A program made the translations under genes and the position numbers. Below are positions 36,267-49,327 of a stretch of 64,000 nucleotides of DNA, piece by piece (position 1 is the first letter of the stretch; each line of letters opens with the position of its first letter). Under the pieces are notes generated by a model. That model did no database searches. It worked only from the letters and a program-made list of their open reading frames with translations, and was not told the origin of the DNA. The DNA comes from Nemertoderma westbladi (lineage: Eukaryota > Animalia > Xenacoelomorpha), in contig JAUCBJ010000668.1 of the NCBI GenBank assembly GCA_032718475.1, forward strand, positions 1-64,000, written 5' to 3'.

Positions 36267-38730
36267 GTCAGGTCAGGTATTCTAGGTCATTGATCAAGAA
36301 AACTTGCCACCTCCATGCACCATAAAGGAGGTGCCACCTGTAGCTGCATAGACCCTCTTACTAGGGCAAATCTGGTCCTGTAACTAGGACCCCCTTCGTT
36401 CTGGGATAAGGACGCCCTTGGTCCTGGATTAAGGACCCATATACTTGGCTGCAGGGGTATATGGCCTGACCAGGCAGATGGTGATCTACCAATGGCTGGT
36501 CAGGAGTAGAGTGTTCTCATGTCCACTCTGAGAGCACTTCACTGCGACCTGCACCTGGCAGCAAGGGTACAGGGCATGACCCAGCAGATGAGCTGCAACA
36601 GCCAATGGTGGGTCATGTGCGCTAGAGTGGATATGGGTGATGGGCCTCATATCTGACTCCATTGCGACACCCACCCTGTGGAATGGCAAACCAGGGTGTG
36701 GTATTTGCCCCGAGAGCTGACTCGGCAAAAAAGCACCCCCCAACCCCCACTATGGATTACATTAGCAATTCTATAAGGCGCAGAAAGAGTCTCGGCTCAA
36801 ACAGACTACAGCAGCCAAGAATGCAGTTAAGGCTGCATCTAGGTCCCTGAACAGGCAGTACTCTGCTAATCTACAGGAGCTAATAAACCAACAGGTTGAT
36901 GCCATCAATGATGCTGACGACAGCAGGCAATCATCCCAGGCATGGAAATCGATCAATCTGCTTACTGGGCGGAAAAGCCAACCAACCACCAAGGTTAAGG
37001 CTGAATCACCAGCCGATCGCCTCAATGGTTGGAAAGCCCACTTTGAAAAGCTCCTCAATAATGACAGGGTATTGCCTGATAACTTTATAGAAGTAAAAGT
37101 GTCTGAGTCTGTACTCCCAGATATTCCCATTGGCGATATCTCCTTTGCAGAAGTGAAGGCTGCTGCAAAGAGCATTAAGACCAATCGTGCCAGTGGAGTA
37201 GATGGTGTTCCCCCTGAGGTCTTTAAAATACCTGAGTGTTTAAAGCTCATCTATCCCATCATAGTAGACATGTACCGTACAACAAGAGTCCCACAAGAAA
37301 TGAAAACAAGTAAGTTGGTGCCAGTTCCCAAGAAGGGCAACCTAACACTCTATGGTTCTTTTCGGGGAATCTCATTGATCTCGATTGCTGCAAAACTATA
37401 CAATAGGATTCTATTAAATCGCATCAGGGATCCCATTGAGAGACTGCTATGTGGAAATCAGAATGGGTTCCGTAAAGGTCGTGGGACCATGGAGCCCATT
37501 TTGGCACTTAGAAGGATAATTGAAGAGTTATCAAAAAAGAAAGACAGGCATCTGGCTGTTATCTTTGTTGACTTCTTCAAGGCCTTTGATTCAGTCTCTC
37601 GCTCACGTATGTTCAGCATACTTTCATTATATGGGATTCCTGATGAAATTATTGCAGCAATCAGATCAGTATACGATGGTTCGACAACATTTGTGTCTAC
37701 TGTTGACGGTGACACAGAACCATTTGAAGTGTTATGGGGCGTCCTCCAAGGAGACACACTTGCACCATTCTTGTTCATTATTGTGGTTGACTATGTTCTA
37801 CGCATGTCCTTAGATCATCATAATGATGATGGGGTGATGATAACTCCACCTACTGGCTCCAGAAGTCGAGGAAATCCTGCCAAGTACCTAACTGATCTAG
37901 ACTTTGCTGATGACTTAGGAGTACTCTCAGAATCATTAGAGGGAGCCCAACGGCTCCTCAGCTCATTAGAACAAGCTGCTTCTAGTGTTGGTCTTTTTAT
38001 TAACTCCAGAAAGACCAAAATTCTGACAGTTAACTTTGAAAGTCCTCAGCAAGTCTCTGATCGGATGAGCATAAGCTCAAAGGATGGTTTGCTTGAGCAT
38101 GTGGACGACTTCTGTTACCTGGGATCATGGATCCGGAAGTCAGGTGAGAGGACCTTCGAATACGTAAGGGAAAGGCATGGGCAGCCTTGAATAGGATTTC
38201 CAGGATTTGGAAGTCACCTAGAATTAATCGGAAACTTAAGGTCCGATTATTTAGAGCAGCAGTAGTTCCAGTACTCCTCTACGGGAGTCCATGCTGGGCT
38301 CTAACTGCTGAGGACACCAAATCTCTGGATGGCACATTCACAAGAATGCTACGCCGGGTACATTGTGTCAAGTACAATGCACACATCTCCAACCAGACAC
38401 TATATAACATTGGAGGTGTCTCATTGGTTCCCCCAAGCTTGACACTAGAACAAAATCGCCTCCGCTTTGCAGGACATTGCTTTCGCCGTGAGGACCAGCC
38501 AGTGCATAATCTTGTACTTTGGCAGCCTCATGGAGTGAATAAGCATGGTGGACAGCCCATGACTTTCTTGAGACGCATCTTAAAGGACACTGGCCTTAAA
38601 GATGCGGATGATCTAGCAAATGTCATGGGTGATAGGGAGTTGTGGCGGTGCAATTTTGTTGACAAGCCGGCACAGCATTCTTAAAAATGCAGCTGCAATG
38701 CAGCATGCCGATCCTAGTAGTAGTAGTAGT
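36267..38730 (+). mobile_element. RTE-clade LINE with structured 5' UTR, no endonuclease domain, frameshifted RT
   Basis: 11-bp TSD AGGCAGCCCAG (36256-36266, 38731-38741); (TAG)n tail; RT motifs QNGFRKGR, FVDFFKAFDSV, GVLQGDTLAPFLF, DFADD, FCYLGS; frameshift near 38145. Confidence 0.93.
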
Positions 38731-38869
38731 AGGCAGCCCAGCAGACAGATATGCAGACCGAGAGGCAGGCAGCCAGCAGAGATATACAGACCAACTTATT
38801 ATTTTATATTATGAATACCCATTATGGACTATTTGCTTAATTTATTAGTAAATATATTATTAATATTAG

Positions 38870-39095
38870 ATGTTGCAACCAATTCGACTGCAGCCACCGG
38901 TTTACGCCACCCGTTTACGACCCCGCCACTGCGCCGCCCGTTTACGACCACTCCACTGTGCCACCCGTTTATGTCGCCTTATGTTCTCCCTCATCCAAAC
39001 AATCTGCCGTTTCAGACACACCTACCGGTGCTGTGCAGACTACTGACTGCAGTTATACCGAAGTCTCAACTTCGGCTCCGAAACCAATTCAACCC
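38870..39095 (+). CDS. ZSWIM8: ZSWIM8 exon I (PPVY repeats)
   Basis: taatattag| ... caaccc|gtaagt; phase 2 in, phase 0 out; open frame. Confidence 0.7.
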
Positions 39096-39131
39096 GTAAG
39101 TTCTCCCTCCACACGACAACAACCTTTTTTT

Positions 39132-40343
39132 ACGCCACTAATTGAATTACACCCCAAATTAGATGATTTAACACCAAAATAAATCATTTTGCACCAAATA
39201 TATTTTTTTGTAGCACCAATTCGCATCCCCAAATTTTGAATATCTTTCTCACCAAAAACAATTATTCATCCACCAAAAACAATTATTCATCCCTAAAAAC
39301 AATTATTTATCCCCCAAAAATTAATTACTTGTCAACCTAAAAAAATTATTCCATCACCAAATATTTTATATTAACTATACGCTTTGGTCAGTTGTCATGC
39401 TTCAGTTACAGTATTCGTACCGATAGGCCTATTGCCTTCAGAACAACGTATTCTGTTATTAGGTTTCGTACCGATAGGCCTACAGTAATAGGCCTACTTC
39501 AGTTTCAGTATTCGCATCGATAGGCCCCTGTTGCCTATCTATTCCCTCACAAAACTCCAGTTAGGGGGGGGGGGGGGGGGGGGGGCGAACTGGACGCAAT
39601 AAAAATTCATCCCTCTCCAGGGGAAATTGAACGCAAATAACAGCTGATTACTCTCAAAAATAAAACTGTAACCTGTTCTATTGTGCTTAGTTTATTGTTT
39701 TGGTTAAAATAACGTGCCACTGTAACCTGCTCCTTTCCCTAAATTGAGAATTTAACATTGAGGCGGGATATTAATTCGCCAAGGCGGGTTTTGCGTCGAG
39801 TTTCCCCCCCTGTCTCGAAGTTTTTATCTAAATTCCAGGAAGTGCTAGGCTTATTGCTGCAGTGGTATTTATTTTGGGCAAAAATGTATTGTTTTGGGGG
39901 GAAATGTATTCATTTTGGGTGAAAATGTATTTGTTTTGGGCGAAAATGTATTTATTTTGGGGGAAAATGTATTTGTTTTGGGAAAATTTGTAATTATTTT
40001 AGGGGTTTTGTCATTTATTTTGGTGCTAATAATTTGTTTTGGGGAGCATTTATTTATTATGGTATTGAATAATTTGTTTTGGTGTTGAATAATTTGTTTT
40101 GGCGTTTGAATAATTTTATTGGGGTAACTTTATTTTATTTGGTGTTTAATAATTTGTTTTGGTGTTGAATGATTGTTTTTGGTGTTGAAAAAGTTGTTTT
40201 GGTGTTTGAATAATTTTATTTGGGGTGACTTTATTTTATTTGGTGTTGAATAATTTTTTTGGGGTCACATTATATAATTTGGTGTAAAATATTTGTTTTT
40301 GGTGAAATTTTCATCAATTTTGGGATGACTTTAATTGGTAGCC
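39132..40343. mobile_element. Foldback-like element with long degenerate AT-rich inverted arms, containing a MITE A insertion
   Basis: CACCAAAAACAATTATTCA-type repeats at left, inverted AATAATTTGTTTTGGTG repeats at right; terminal ~65 bp are degenerate inverted copies. Confidence 0.65.
39562..39816 (-). mobile_element. MITE family A, full-length
   Basis: G(n)CGAACTGGACGCAA ... TTGCGTCGAGTTTCCCCCCCTGTCTC. Confidence 0.8.
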
Positions 40344-40739
40344 CTTTTTTTATTTCTTTTTATTTGTACTGATAATTATACTTTTCGAAAGGTTCTGAAT
40401 CGCACAATTATTTGTGCTAGGGTGGATGTGGCGGCATGATGGCGTGGGGGGGGGGGGGGGGGGGGTGGGTCTTGACACAAATCCCAACTCGGCGAATTAA
40501 TATCTCGTCTCAATGTTAAATGATTAATTTTGAGAAAGAAGCCCTGTGTGTCCTTATCTGACCATGGTACTGTAGAGAAGGATTCACAAATATATCGTTT
40601 AAAATCACGTCACATAGCCGATTACGTTGTTCTGAGTATTTAAGTTCACCTGTATATTATAGAATTCGACTTTGCCGGTATTTTATTATCTCAGATATGG
40701 GGAATTGACCGATTGAAGTTGATTTATATTTATATGCAG

Positions 40740-40937
40740 GTTGCCTATGTACATCCTATTGAAAGTCCCGCCCAAGTCTATGCCGACCAATCAGCGTCAA
40801 CCGGACAGACATACTACGCGGTTGTCATGGGGGACCCGTGCCAGCCAGTAGAAGGTAATCCATCCGGTTGCCAACAGCAACTGTCACCGGAGCAACGACA
40901 ACAACCCACCGACGAAATGCGTTACTCAACAGAACAG
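40740..40937 (+). CDS. ZSWIM8: ZSWIM8 exon J (last one identified)
   Basis: tatatgcag| ... gaacag|gtttgt; phase 0/0; VAYVHPIESPAQVYADQ...RYSTEQ. Confidence 0.7.
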
Positions 40938-41393
40938 GTTTGTAGATCCTTTAATAATTGTCAAATACTAAAGTATAAATTTGTAGAATTTACTATTATG
41001 GTGAGCCTGAGCGGTCAGTTTTGTAACCTGTTTTTATTTGTTTCGCCGACTTTACAAAACTTGAGGAAACAAATCTAATTGCCGGAGTGGTTTCTATACC
41101 AACAAATATCCAATAAAAAAAAACTAAAAAATCAGATAAATTAAAAGAAGATAAGTTTGAGACATTTTAAGCATTATTGTGTTATGGGACAACTAAAATG
41201 CAAGTATTCAACCCAAAACTGTAATAGGACTACTACGTCGAATCTTTTTTAAATTCCCCACGTTAATTAAAAGGTCAAGGTGACAGCGGCACGGATACAG
41301 ATTGGGCCCAATCTGATCCGCTAAAATATTGAAACAAACTTGATAGGTATAGAATCCACTCCAGCCAATTAGATTTGTTTCCCGAGTTTTATG

Positions 41394-42320
41394 GGGCAAG
41401 CGACGAAAGTAAGCGAGCTTAGCATACAGGTACCACTAACTCAATCAGTGTGTCTGTTGTTCTGTTGATCTGTCGATCTGTGGGGCGAGCCACGAAGTGA
41501 GTGAGCCTTAGCGTAGTGGTACCATTAATCAACCTGTCGTTCTGTCGCGTTCAATTTTAAACGTTAATAACTCGGCCAATCTTTTATGAAATCTATCCAA
41601 ACTTGGTACACATGTTGTTTGGCAAAAGTTTAGAAATTTTCCACGTTGAATTTCCGTGTGGCCTTCGAGAAGCTAAGATAATAGCAGTTAATTAGTTAAT
41701 TAAGTCGTCTATAAATGTTGTATTACTTACTATCTCAGGTGACAGAAGATATAATGACTGTTGTAGGCTTATATCTGAAGTAGTTTATTCCGCAATATAT
41801 TTGACTGGTTATTTTTTAATTGAATTTTTGCAAAGTAGTAAAATTAATGTTCTTAAAAATAATTTTATTATTTTATATGTAAACCTAGGAAATTAGCTAC
41901 AATTTTTCGCTGCAGCTTTAAGAGTGTACATTGATTTAATATTATTTCAATACCCATATTACTACATCGGCATACGATGCGTTGGCGTTGTATCACATAT
42001 CTCCACATATCACACATCTCCACATAGATGTATCAACAGTTACTCGCACAGTTTCGAAACTTCGCATAGTTATAACTGTATAAAGATCGTCAGTCTTGGT
42101 AAATATTTTAATGCAATTACTGGTGGGTGGGAAGGGGGGGGGGGGGGGGGGTGGGGTGCAGATTAAAAGGGGTGAACACGTACTGTCCCCCATTTCTTTG
42201 ATTGCTTGGTGGTGTGGGTAAATTTCTCAAAACCTGATTTTGTGATACAGTCGCTCAATTTTAATCTGTATCTGATAACTGAGCCTCGTCCTGCGCGATG
42301 GCCCCACGAACGTGTAAAAT
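41394..42320 (+). mobile_element. Helentron-associated (HINE/DINE-like) element, duplicated 5' end
   Basis: GGGGCGAGCCACGAAGTGAG start, CTGT microsatellite, CCAAACTTGGTA core, CTGCGCGA..GGCCCCAC.AACGTGTA end; homologous to 53828-54356. Confidence 0.55.
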
Positions 42321-42389
42321 CATTCGAACGAGTTTGCAAAAGTCGAAAGTTTGCAAAACAAATAATAATTATAAAGTAAAAAAAGTAAA

Positions 42390-42610
42390 TTTTCTTCGGC
42401 CGCTAGGCTAGGGATTACGCACAAAGACTGACGACTTATTTCCAGTGCAGTCCCCCCAGAACTTTACTCCCCAGAGGAAATTCCAGTACTCATTTAGCTA
42501 CCACTTAATGATGCAAGGCAGAGGAGATGCGCCCTGGCTGGTCCCTTTAAAGCATTCGTGCCGAAACGAAAACTGCCCTGGCCCATGTGAGGATGGAACC
42601 CACGACCTAC
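42390..42610 (-). mobile_element. 5'-truncated tRNA-derived SINE with LINE-like 3' tail
   Basis: Minus strand: AGGTCGTGGGTTCCATCC (B box), TAAATGAGTAC central motif, GCACTGGAAATAAG...CTTTGTGC tail. Confidence 0.55.
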
Positions 42611-44055
42611 GGGGGATGTGAATTCAATGGAACCACTACACCAGGGTGGAACGTTCAAATAATAATAACTATTTACATACTTGTGTGTAAAGTCAGTGTG
42701 ATCTTCAGTGTCACTGTCAGTGTCACTTTACAGTGTGATGATCCGAGTGGCTTTGTTACACGAACGAACGTTATAGTGAGTGAGTGAAAATAAAGGACAC
42801 GAGGATCAGAACAATAAAGTACTTTGCAGCAAGTATGTATGTAGTTTTATTCCAAAATTTTTAGTCCTTTTAAAATTTGACAATAATTTTGAAAAATTTA
42901 AAAAAAATTGAAAAAAATGAAAAAATTTTGAAATTAAAAATTGAAATTAAAATTTTACATTATAAGTGATAGAAACTGCACAAATTATATTAGTTGCTGT
43001 TTAAATAAATGTAAAAATGACATAAATTATGTTATAAATTAGCTTATATTATGGTGGCGTTTGGAGCCATGTTATAATAATATAGCTACTGATTATTAAT
43101 AGCTGCTATACTCGCCTACCGGTAGGTAATGCAGTAGGCGTATCTGGCAGGTTTACGTGGTAACCAATGACGGCGTTAAGTAATGTCCACTAACAGGACA
43201 TTACTTAACTAACACCAAATACACTACTAAATGTACAGGCCAATACAATGTTGTAATGTCCCCTAAAGTTGTAAAGTGCTAAATAACAACTCGCTGTTAA
43301 TACTAACGGCATTGAGTAATGTTACAATTTTGGAATAAAACAGATTACAAAACTGGCACCTGAGGGTCACCATGTGTAATAAAACAAATGAAAATTTTAT
43401 CCTTTTTATTTATGAAATAATTTCTGTAATATCCTGTAAAACAATCTGTATGGTAATATAGTTTGTTGTATTTAACTTGACTGGGTGAGTTAGAATTTGT
43501 TATATGGTTATTCTTTAACCGTATGGTATGTTTGTTGGTAACGAGTTTACATTACAGTAAACCTTTAAAAAAATAATTTTTAGACCCCATTTACAGCCCG
43601 CGCCCGCTGTTTCACAAAGTTTTATATCGAAATGTGGAAATAAAAGCTTATAAAGTCAAACTCTTTGAGTTCCTTCCAAACCTCCAATTACTATCAGTTT
43701 CCACAGCAATGAAAATCTTTCATGGCAAATAGTACAGTTACAGTTTTATTTTTTGGAGTAATCTGCTGTTTTTTACGTCGATTTCGTGCTTTTGTTTGTG
43801 TCGAAAGTTTCCCCTATCAGGGATCCCCCCTTATTGTATTCAACCACGAAGTTCTGTTAAAATCCCGGGGAATATCACGATGATCAAAAAATGCGTAGTT
43901 TTCATCAGATGGATGGGATATATTACTGGAGTTAGTAAGTATAGTATACTATTAATTATCGTATGTAGTATCGTATGCTACCGGTCCGGTACGCCTTTTA
44001 TTGCCTTTCCTTGGTCTGACAGTCACACAATAATTTATTGAGTTTGCAAAACTGA

Positions 44056-45238
44056 GGGGTAAATCTTTTCGACCTACGCGTAGGCCTACGCGTAGCTACG
44101 CGTAGCTACGCGTAGTTCTCAACATTGGGTCATATATCACCAGTTTCAGAGTTTTAACAATAACTACGCGTAGGTGCTACGCGTAGGTGCTACGCGTAGG
44201 TGCTACGCGTAGCTACGCGTAGGTCCTACGCGACCTACGCATAGGTGCTACCCATAACTATGCCTATACGTCGTTTATCATTAGTAGGCTTACGTATTCC
44301 AAGCGAGTCAGTACTAAAATAAGACACAATACGGTATGTTCAATAAACAACCCACAACCATCAAATGCTTTCAACAGTAATTTATCCTATACCTGTATAC
44401 TCTATATAGAGGAATACGCGAAGACTACATATTCTTCACTTCATGCGTTGCGGGCGGTAAAATGTGTTAATAATTAATGTTTAGAGTTCAAAAATAGTTT
44501 ACAAAGGAAATAGGCCGATGGTTCTTATCGATTCTCTATGCTTTTTATTGCCTTTGTTCACGATAGGGCAAGGATATACTGTATTTAATATGTTAACCCC
44601 TCGACAAGGGAAGGGGGAGACTAAATTGTCTACCATGATTGGTTGCACTTGTTATTTGACCAAACAATTTGATTATATGCAGTATTAATCAGCTTTCGCT
44701 TAACCTCTTCACCGGTAGACTGGTCGCTTTATTTACTACTGTTCAATATTTAAATAATCCAATGGAAACAAAGATACTTGAATCATGAGACGTGAATTTT
44801 AAGTTTACTTTTTATTCATCCTCTGGGTTTGTATGTGAAAGAGCCGAATATTATTTATTACCAGTGCTGTATGTAGAGATATGAGTTTCCGATTCTGTTA
44901 TTACATTTATCTGATAATCAGATACCTGACATATACCGATACTTGCCTAACAACTCAACCCTACCGGACCTGAAATGAAAAATCATTGTTATCAGGACTG
45001 CTACGCGTAGCACCTACGCGTAGCTACGCGTAGCACCTACGCGTAGTTTCAAAATACCTACGCGTAGTTCCAAAATAACTACGCGTAGTTTTAAAACACC
45101 TACGCGTAGTTGTTAAAAAGGCAGTAAGTCTGGCCCTACCGGTAAATGACAGGAATGGAAGTTACAAACTACGCGTAGCTACGCGTAGCTACGCGTAGCT
45201 ACGCGTAGGCCTACGCGTAGGTCGAAAAGATTTACCCC
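44056..45238. mobile_element. Non-autonomous TIR element with ~21 palindromic CTACGCGTAG repeats
   Basis: Perfect TIRs of ~60 bp starting GGGGTAAATCTTTTCGACCTACGCGTAGG. Confidence 0.9.
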
Positions 45239-47024
45239 ATTGTTGTTCGTTGTGCATCTTAGCACCTACCCAGCTGTTGTAAGGTGTAAAAAGCGAAACT
45301 GAAAGTAATATTTCGTACCGGTAAGCCTCGGCCTATACAATGTTTAAAAAATTCAAAATTCTTTAAGATTGTACATAAGGACGATCACAAACTGTGTAAC
45401 TGTACTGAAAGTAGGAGGTATGGGTAGATCTATACAGCCAAATGGACTTATGTCAATGAATAACTGTGAACTGGCACTGCTATCGGGTTATGTCTGTACT
45501 ATTGACTATTTATACTACAGTACTACAGTAGGCCTACATGCCTACTGCTGTACATACTAGATACAGAGATAGGCCTAGCTCTGTCTGACAGTACCAAGTA
45601 CAGCAGTTTAGCTGTCTAGTAGTTTGAAATGGTACTTCGTTACCGGTATGTAAAGGCAGAAAGGTAGCATATTATATATAGGCCTATCATCATTCAGTCA
45701 TTGCTCACACTAATACAGTACTGTCAGACTGTATTACTAGTACGGTAGTATTACCGGTACTTAATACTGTAATAGCCGAATACGGGAATAGCAAATAGTA
45801 TGTAGTAGGCCTAGTGAATGTCGGTCCCGGTCTACCGGTAGGCGCAGGCGGTAGGGTTTCTATCGGTAGGATCAGTCTGTCAGTCAGTCAGTAGGCCCTG
45901 CAGCCAGAAGCAGTATTCATTCCAGACAGTGTTATACGTCAGTACACCTGTCAGCCTGTACACGTACTGACGTATGTACGGTACGTCTGTATGTGTTTCC
46001 GTGGAAAGTGGTTGTATTCAAATTAAACATCAACAGATGCCTGGATGCTGCTTTACTCAGTTAATAAATCTGTAAATAGGCCTATTTAAATATAACTACC
46101 GGTATCCCTAACACCAAATAATCATAATCAATGGTTGCTCTACGTCAATGCGTAGGAACACTTCTACGTGGATTGCGCTGTCCCAATTACACTCTGCAGC
46201 TAAGTCTACGTCTAGCGCTGCATAGCAGAGCCAGGGCCGGCCCGGCATTGACTTTCAGATCGCTATACAGAGGGATCTCGAGTGGCTACAAAGTTGGGAT
46301 GGCTGACTATGCGCTACCCCGGCTGTTCTCTATATCGAGTATCGACCTCTAATTACTCAATAAAGTCTGTACAATTCCGCATTTCTGTGGGTGCCCCGAA
46401 ACAGATTGACGCAACTAATGCTGATTTTATTACCGCAACCTTTGCAATTAACTCTCTTAGTTTTTCACAGAAGCGAGCTCGAGTGCAGGTATTACTGTAT
46501 TATGGACTATAGTTGTTGATGTTATTTTATAAGTTTTAGTTTTACAGTTTTAGTTACCGGTACAGTTTGTTCGATTGCATATATTTATTGTGTGTTGCAT
46601 TTTTTTAATATTTCTTATTCCACTATTACAAATATATTATATAATTAATTAATAATTATACTATAACTGTATAAAACAATAATAATATAGTATAGCTGTA
46701 TAGTACGGAGATCTTATGCCATGCAATTTAATTCCTATTTGGATATTTAACGGTACACAGACTGCAGATACAATTTAAAGATATATATTCTAGGTGAGTG
46801 AGTGCCTTATGCTTTACAGAGATTGGGAGGCTATTCCATAATACTGTAATACGTGTAATATATCTATGTAATTGGCAGATAGGCCTAATGCAGTAATGTA
46901 ATATAGTAATAGGTCTATCGCATCTGTTCATTTTGTTCATTAATTTTAATTACCATTTAATTATATGTGTTCGTCTATTACTGTTCACCTGTTGTTTACC
47001 AATTTACTCATACAGTCATAGGCA

Positions 47025-48203
47025 ATGCCTTCACGGGAGGAAGAACAACACCGCCGCGCTCTGGAGGAGGCGCGTCAGAAACTTCTGGAAGGAATCAACA
47101 CGCCGGCCCCTCCGATGCAGCAACAGATGGCGGCGCTACAGGGAAGAAACTCAATGTTCGAGTTTGCATTAACATTACTAGTAGGATACTTTGCAGTTAA
47201 TATATTCCTCTCTAACCCAAACACATCCACCCCATACAACGCTACCTACCCATTGAGCCCCGTAAATAAATCCCCTTCAGGGGTTATAACAGTACAAGTA
47301 GCTATAATCAGCGACGCCGACACCCAATCTAAAGAGAGCGGGGGATCCTACGACCGCTGGAAGACTTCCTTAATCACAGGAGAACTGTCTGTCGATGTTG
47401 TCGGTGAAACCGCCTCTATTAACTTGGATTCTCAACTGAAATACGTCCGACAATTATTGGCGTTTAAAGGCCGATCAATGGAGTTATCGGAACTGCAGGC
47501 CTTCAACGGTAAGTTGTACACGGTGGACGACCGCACCGGGGTTGTTTACCAGGTTGTCAACGCAACCACCGAACCGAAACTAATACCTTGGGTGCTGCTT
47601 AGCAACGGGGACGGCAACCAGACGGACATGTTTAAAGCCGAGTGGATGACGGTTAAGGATAAGTTGTTGTACGTCGGGGGTTTAGGGAAGGAATGGACGA
47701 CGACCGAGGGGGAGTTCGTTAACACCAACCCGATGTGGGTGAAGGTTGTCAACCACGAAGGGGCTGTGCAACATCGGGACTGGGAGGCAGAGTATAAGCG
47801 ACTTCGGGCCGCCGACGGCATCCAATACCCCGGGTATATGATCCACGAGGCGGCGGTTTGGTCCCCGGATCGTAAACGCTGGTACTTCCTGCCGCGTCGC
47901 GCGAGTAACTCAACTTACACGGAGTCCGCCGACGAACGCCGCGCGAGTAATCTCTTGTTGGAGACGGACGACGTGTTCGCTACGGTCTCGGTGCGTCGTG
48001 TCGGTAAACTCAACCCGATTCGCGGTTTCTCTTCCGTTAAGTTCCTCCCGGAATCCTCCGACTCTGTGTTCGTCGCTCTCCGCACCGAAGAGGACGCCGG
48101 ACGCATCGCTTCCTATCTCACCGTCTTCGATTTTAATTGTAAAATATTCCTAGAGGATTTCTACTTAGGGGACGTAAAGTACGAAGGAATTGAGTTTATT
48201 TAA
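47025..48203 (+). CDS. CANT1: Calcium-activated nucleotidase 1 (apyrase), uninterrupted CDS
   Basis: N-terminal TM segment; ISDAD, GRSMELSEL, FNGKLYTVDDRTG, FKAEW, VGGLGKEWTT, GYMIHEA, FLPRRAS, KYEGIEFI. Confidence 0.96.
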   Translation: MPSREEEQHRRALEEARQKLLEGINTPAPPMQQQMAALQGRNSMFEFALTLLVGYFAVNIFLSNPNTSTPYNATYPLSPVNKSPSGVITVQVAIISDADTQSKESGGSYDRWKTSLITGELSVDVVGETASINLDSQLKYVRQLLAFKGRSMELSELQAFNGKLYTVDDRTGVVYQVVNATTEPKLIPWVLLSNGDGNQTDMFKAEWMTVKDKLLYVGGLGKEWTTTEGEFVNTNPMWVKVVNHEGAVQHRDWEAEYKRLRAADGIQYPGYMIHEAAVWSPDRKRWYFLPRRASNSTYTESADERRASNLLLETDDVFATVSVRRVGKLNPIRGFSSVKFLPESSDSVFVALRTEEDAGRIASYLTVFDFNCKIFLEDFYLGDVKYEGIEFI

Positions 48204-49327
48204 TTTAGCAAATTAAATGATGTAACACATAATTTAATCTCCAATTTGTACTACAAAGTTTTCTAGGAATGCGTTGAACATAATAAAAGCTAAACAAATA
48301 ACAAATGATTAATTTATTGATAAATTATCCTCGTTGCACACAAACTTCTGGGTCACCAGATGGTTTTTAGTTTCGGTATTTTAGAGAATACGTATGAAAA
48401 CTAATTTGAGTAAAATAATATGTTATATTGGTGTTGGTTTTTTTTTCAGTAACAATAATTACATTATTTAATTAGTGAATCTATATTGATTTTAAATGCG
48501 CCCACATATTAATATTTTTATAACTAATTGTACCTTTTCATTAATCAGTGATAGCAGCTGGTCTTCCTAATAAAATGTTTATATACGGGGTGATCCACTA
48601 AACGTAGCAACTCAATTATTTATGTTACGTCGTTATAGAATTATTACAGGATAAATTCATTAAATATCGACTTGTGACTGAAATATATAAAACTACTGCA
48701 GATGAAAATAGAACCAATGCATAAAGTTTTAGGATCGTCGTTACTTACGGATCAAACCGAGTGCCTTGTGTAAAAGAGAACATTAACTAATGAGTAACTG
48801 AACTTAATAAATACATTTCTATGTTTTTGTAAATATCATTTGTTTGTATTTATTTTATAATATTTAACAATAAACAATAATATATCAGTTTTCTCCACCA
48901 GACGTGTTCCATTGGATAATTTGTACTGGAATGTTTTTAACAATGCTTATCGTAATAAATAATCATTTAGAAATTTATCACAATCGTGTTACATTAATGT
49001 ATTTTATTGTTTTCTTTAATTAAATGTTATTTAATTAAAATTGTTGTGTCATTTTATATTAAGTCGTCGGTATGGAATTTATATTACCTTTTTTTAGAAA
49101 CGTGTCATTCAAAAGTGTGAATTGACCCAAATATACTTTTTTGACGTGGTAATAATTGTTAAAAATTAAAACAGGGCAGAATATTTAACAGACGTGTAAG
49201 ACACTACTACTGCTTAGGCTGGAATTAATTGGTAAGGAAATATCCTAAGTCATATAAGCGGAAAGATAGACTGTGGTGAAACGAAAGGTGTAGTGGACTG
49301 GACAGTGGTGAAACTGTGGCAGACACC

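Noticed and set aside
36576-36617. CAGATGAG-CTGCAACAG-CCAAT as a degenerate hammerhead
   Set aside because: Both core strands mismatch CUGAUGA and GAAA; kept only as a repeated hairpin motif
46471-47027. In-frame ZSWIM8-CANT1 fusion via the 18-nt microexon
   Set aside because: In-frame TAG (tca tag gca ATG) precedes the CANT1 start
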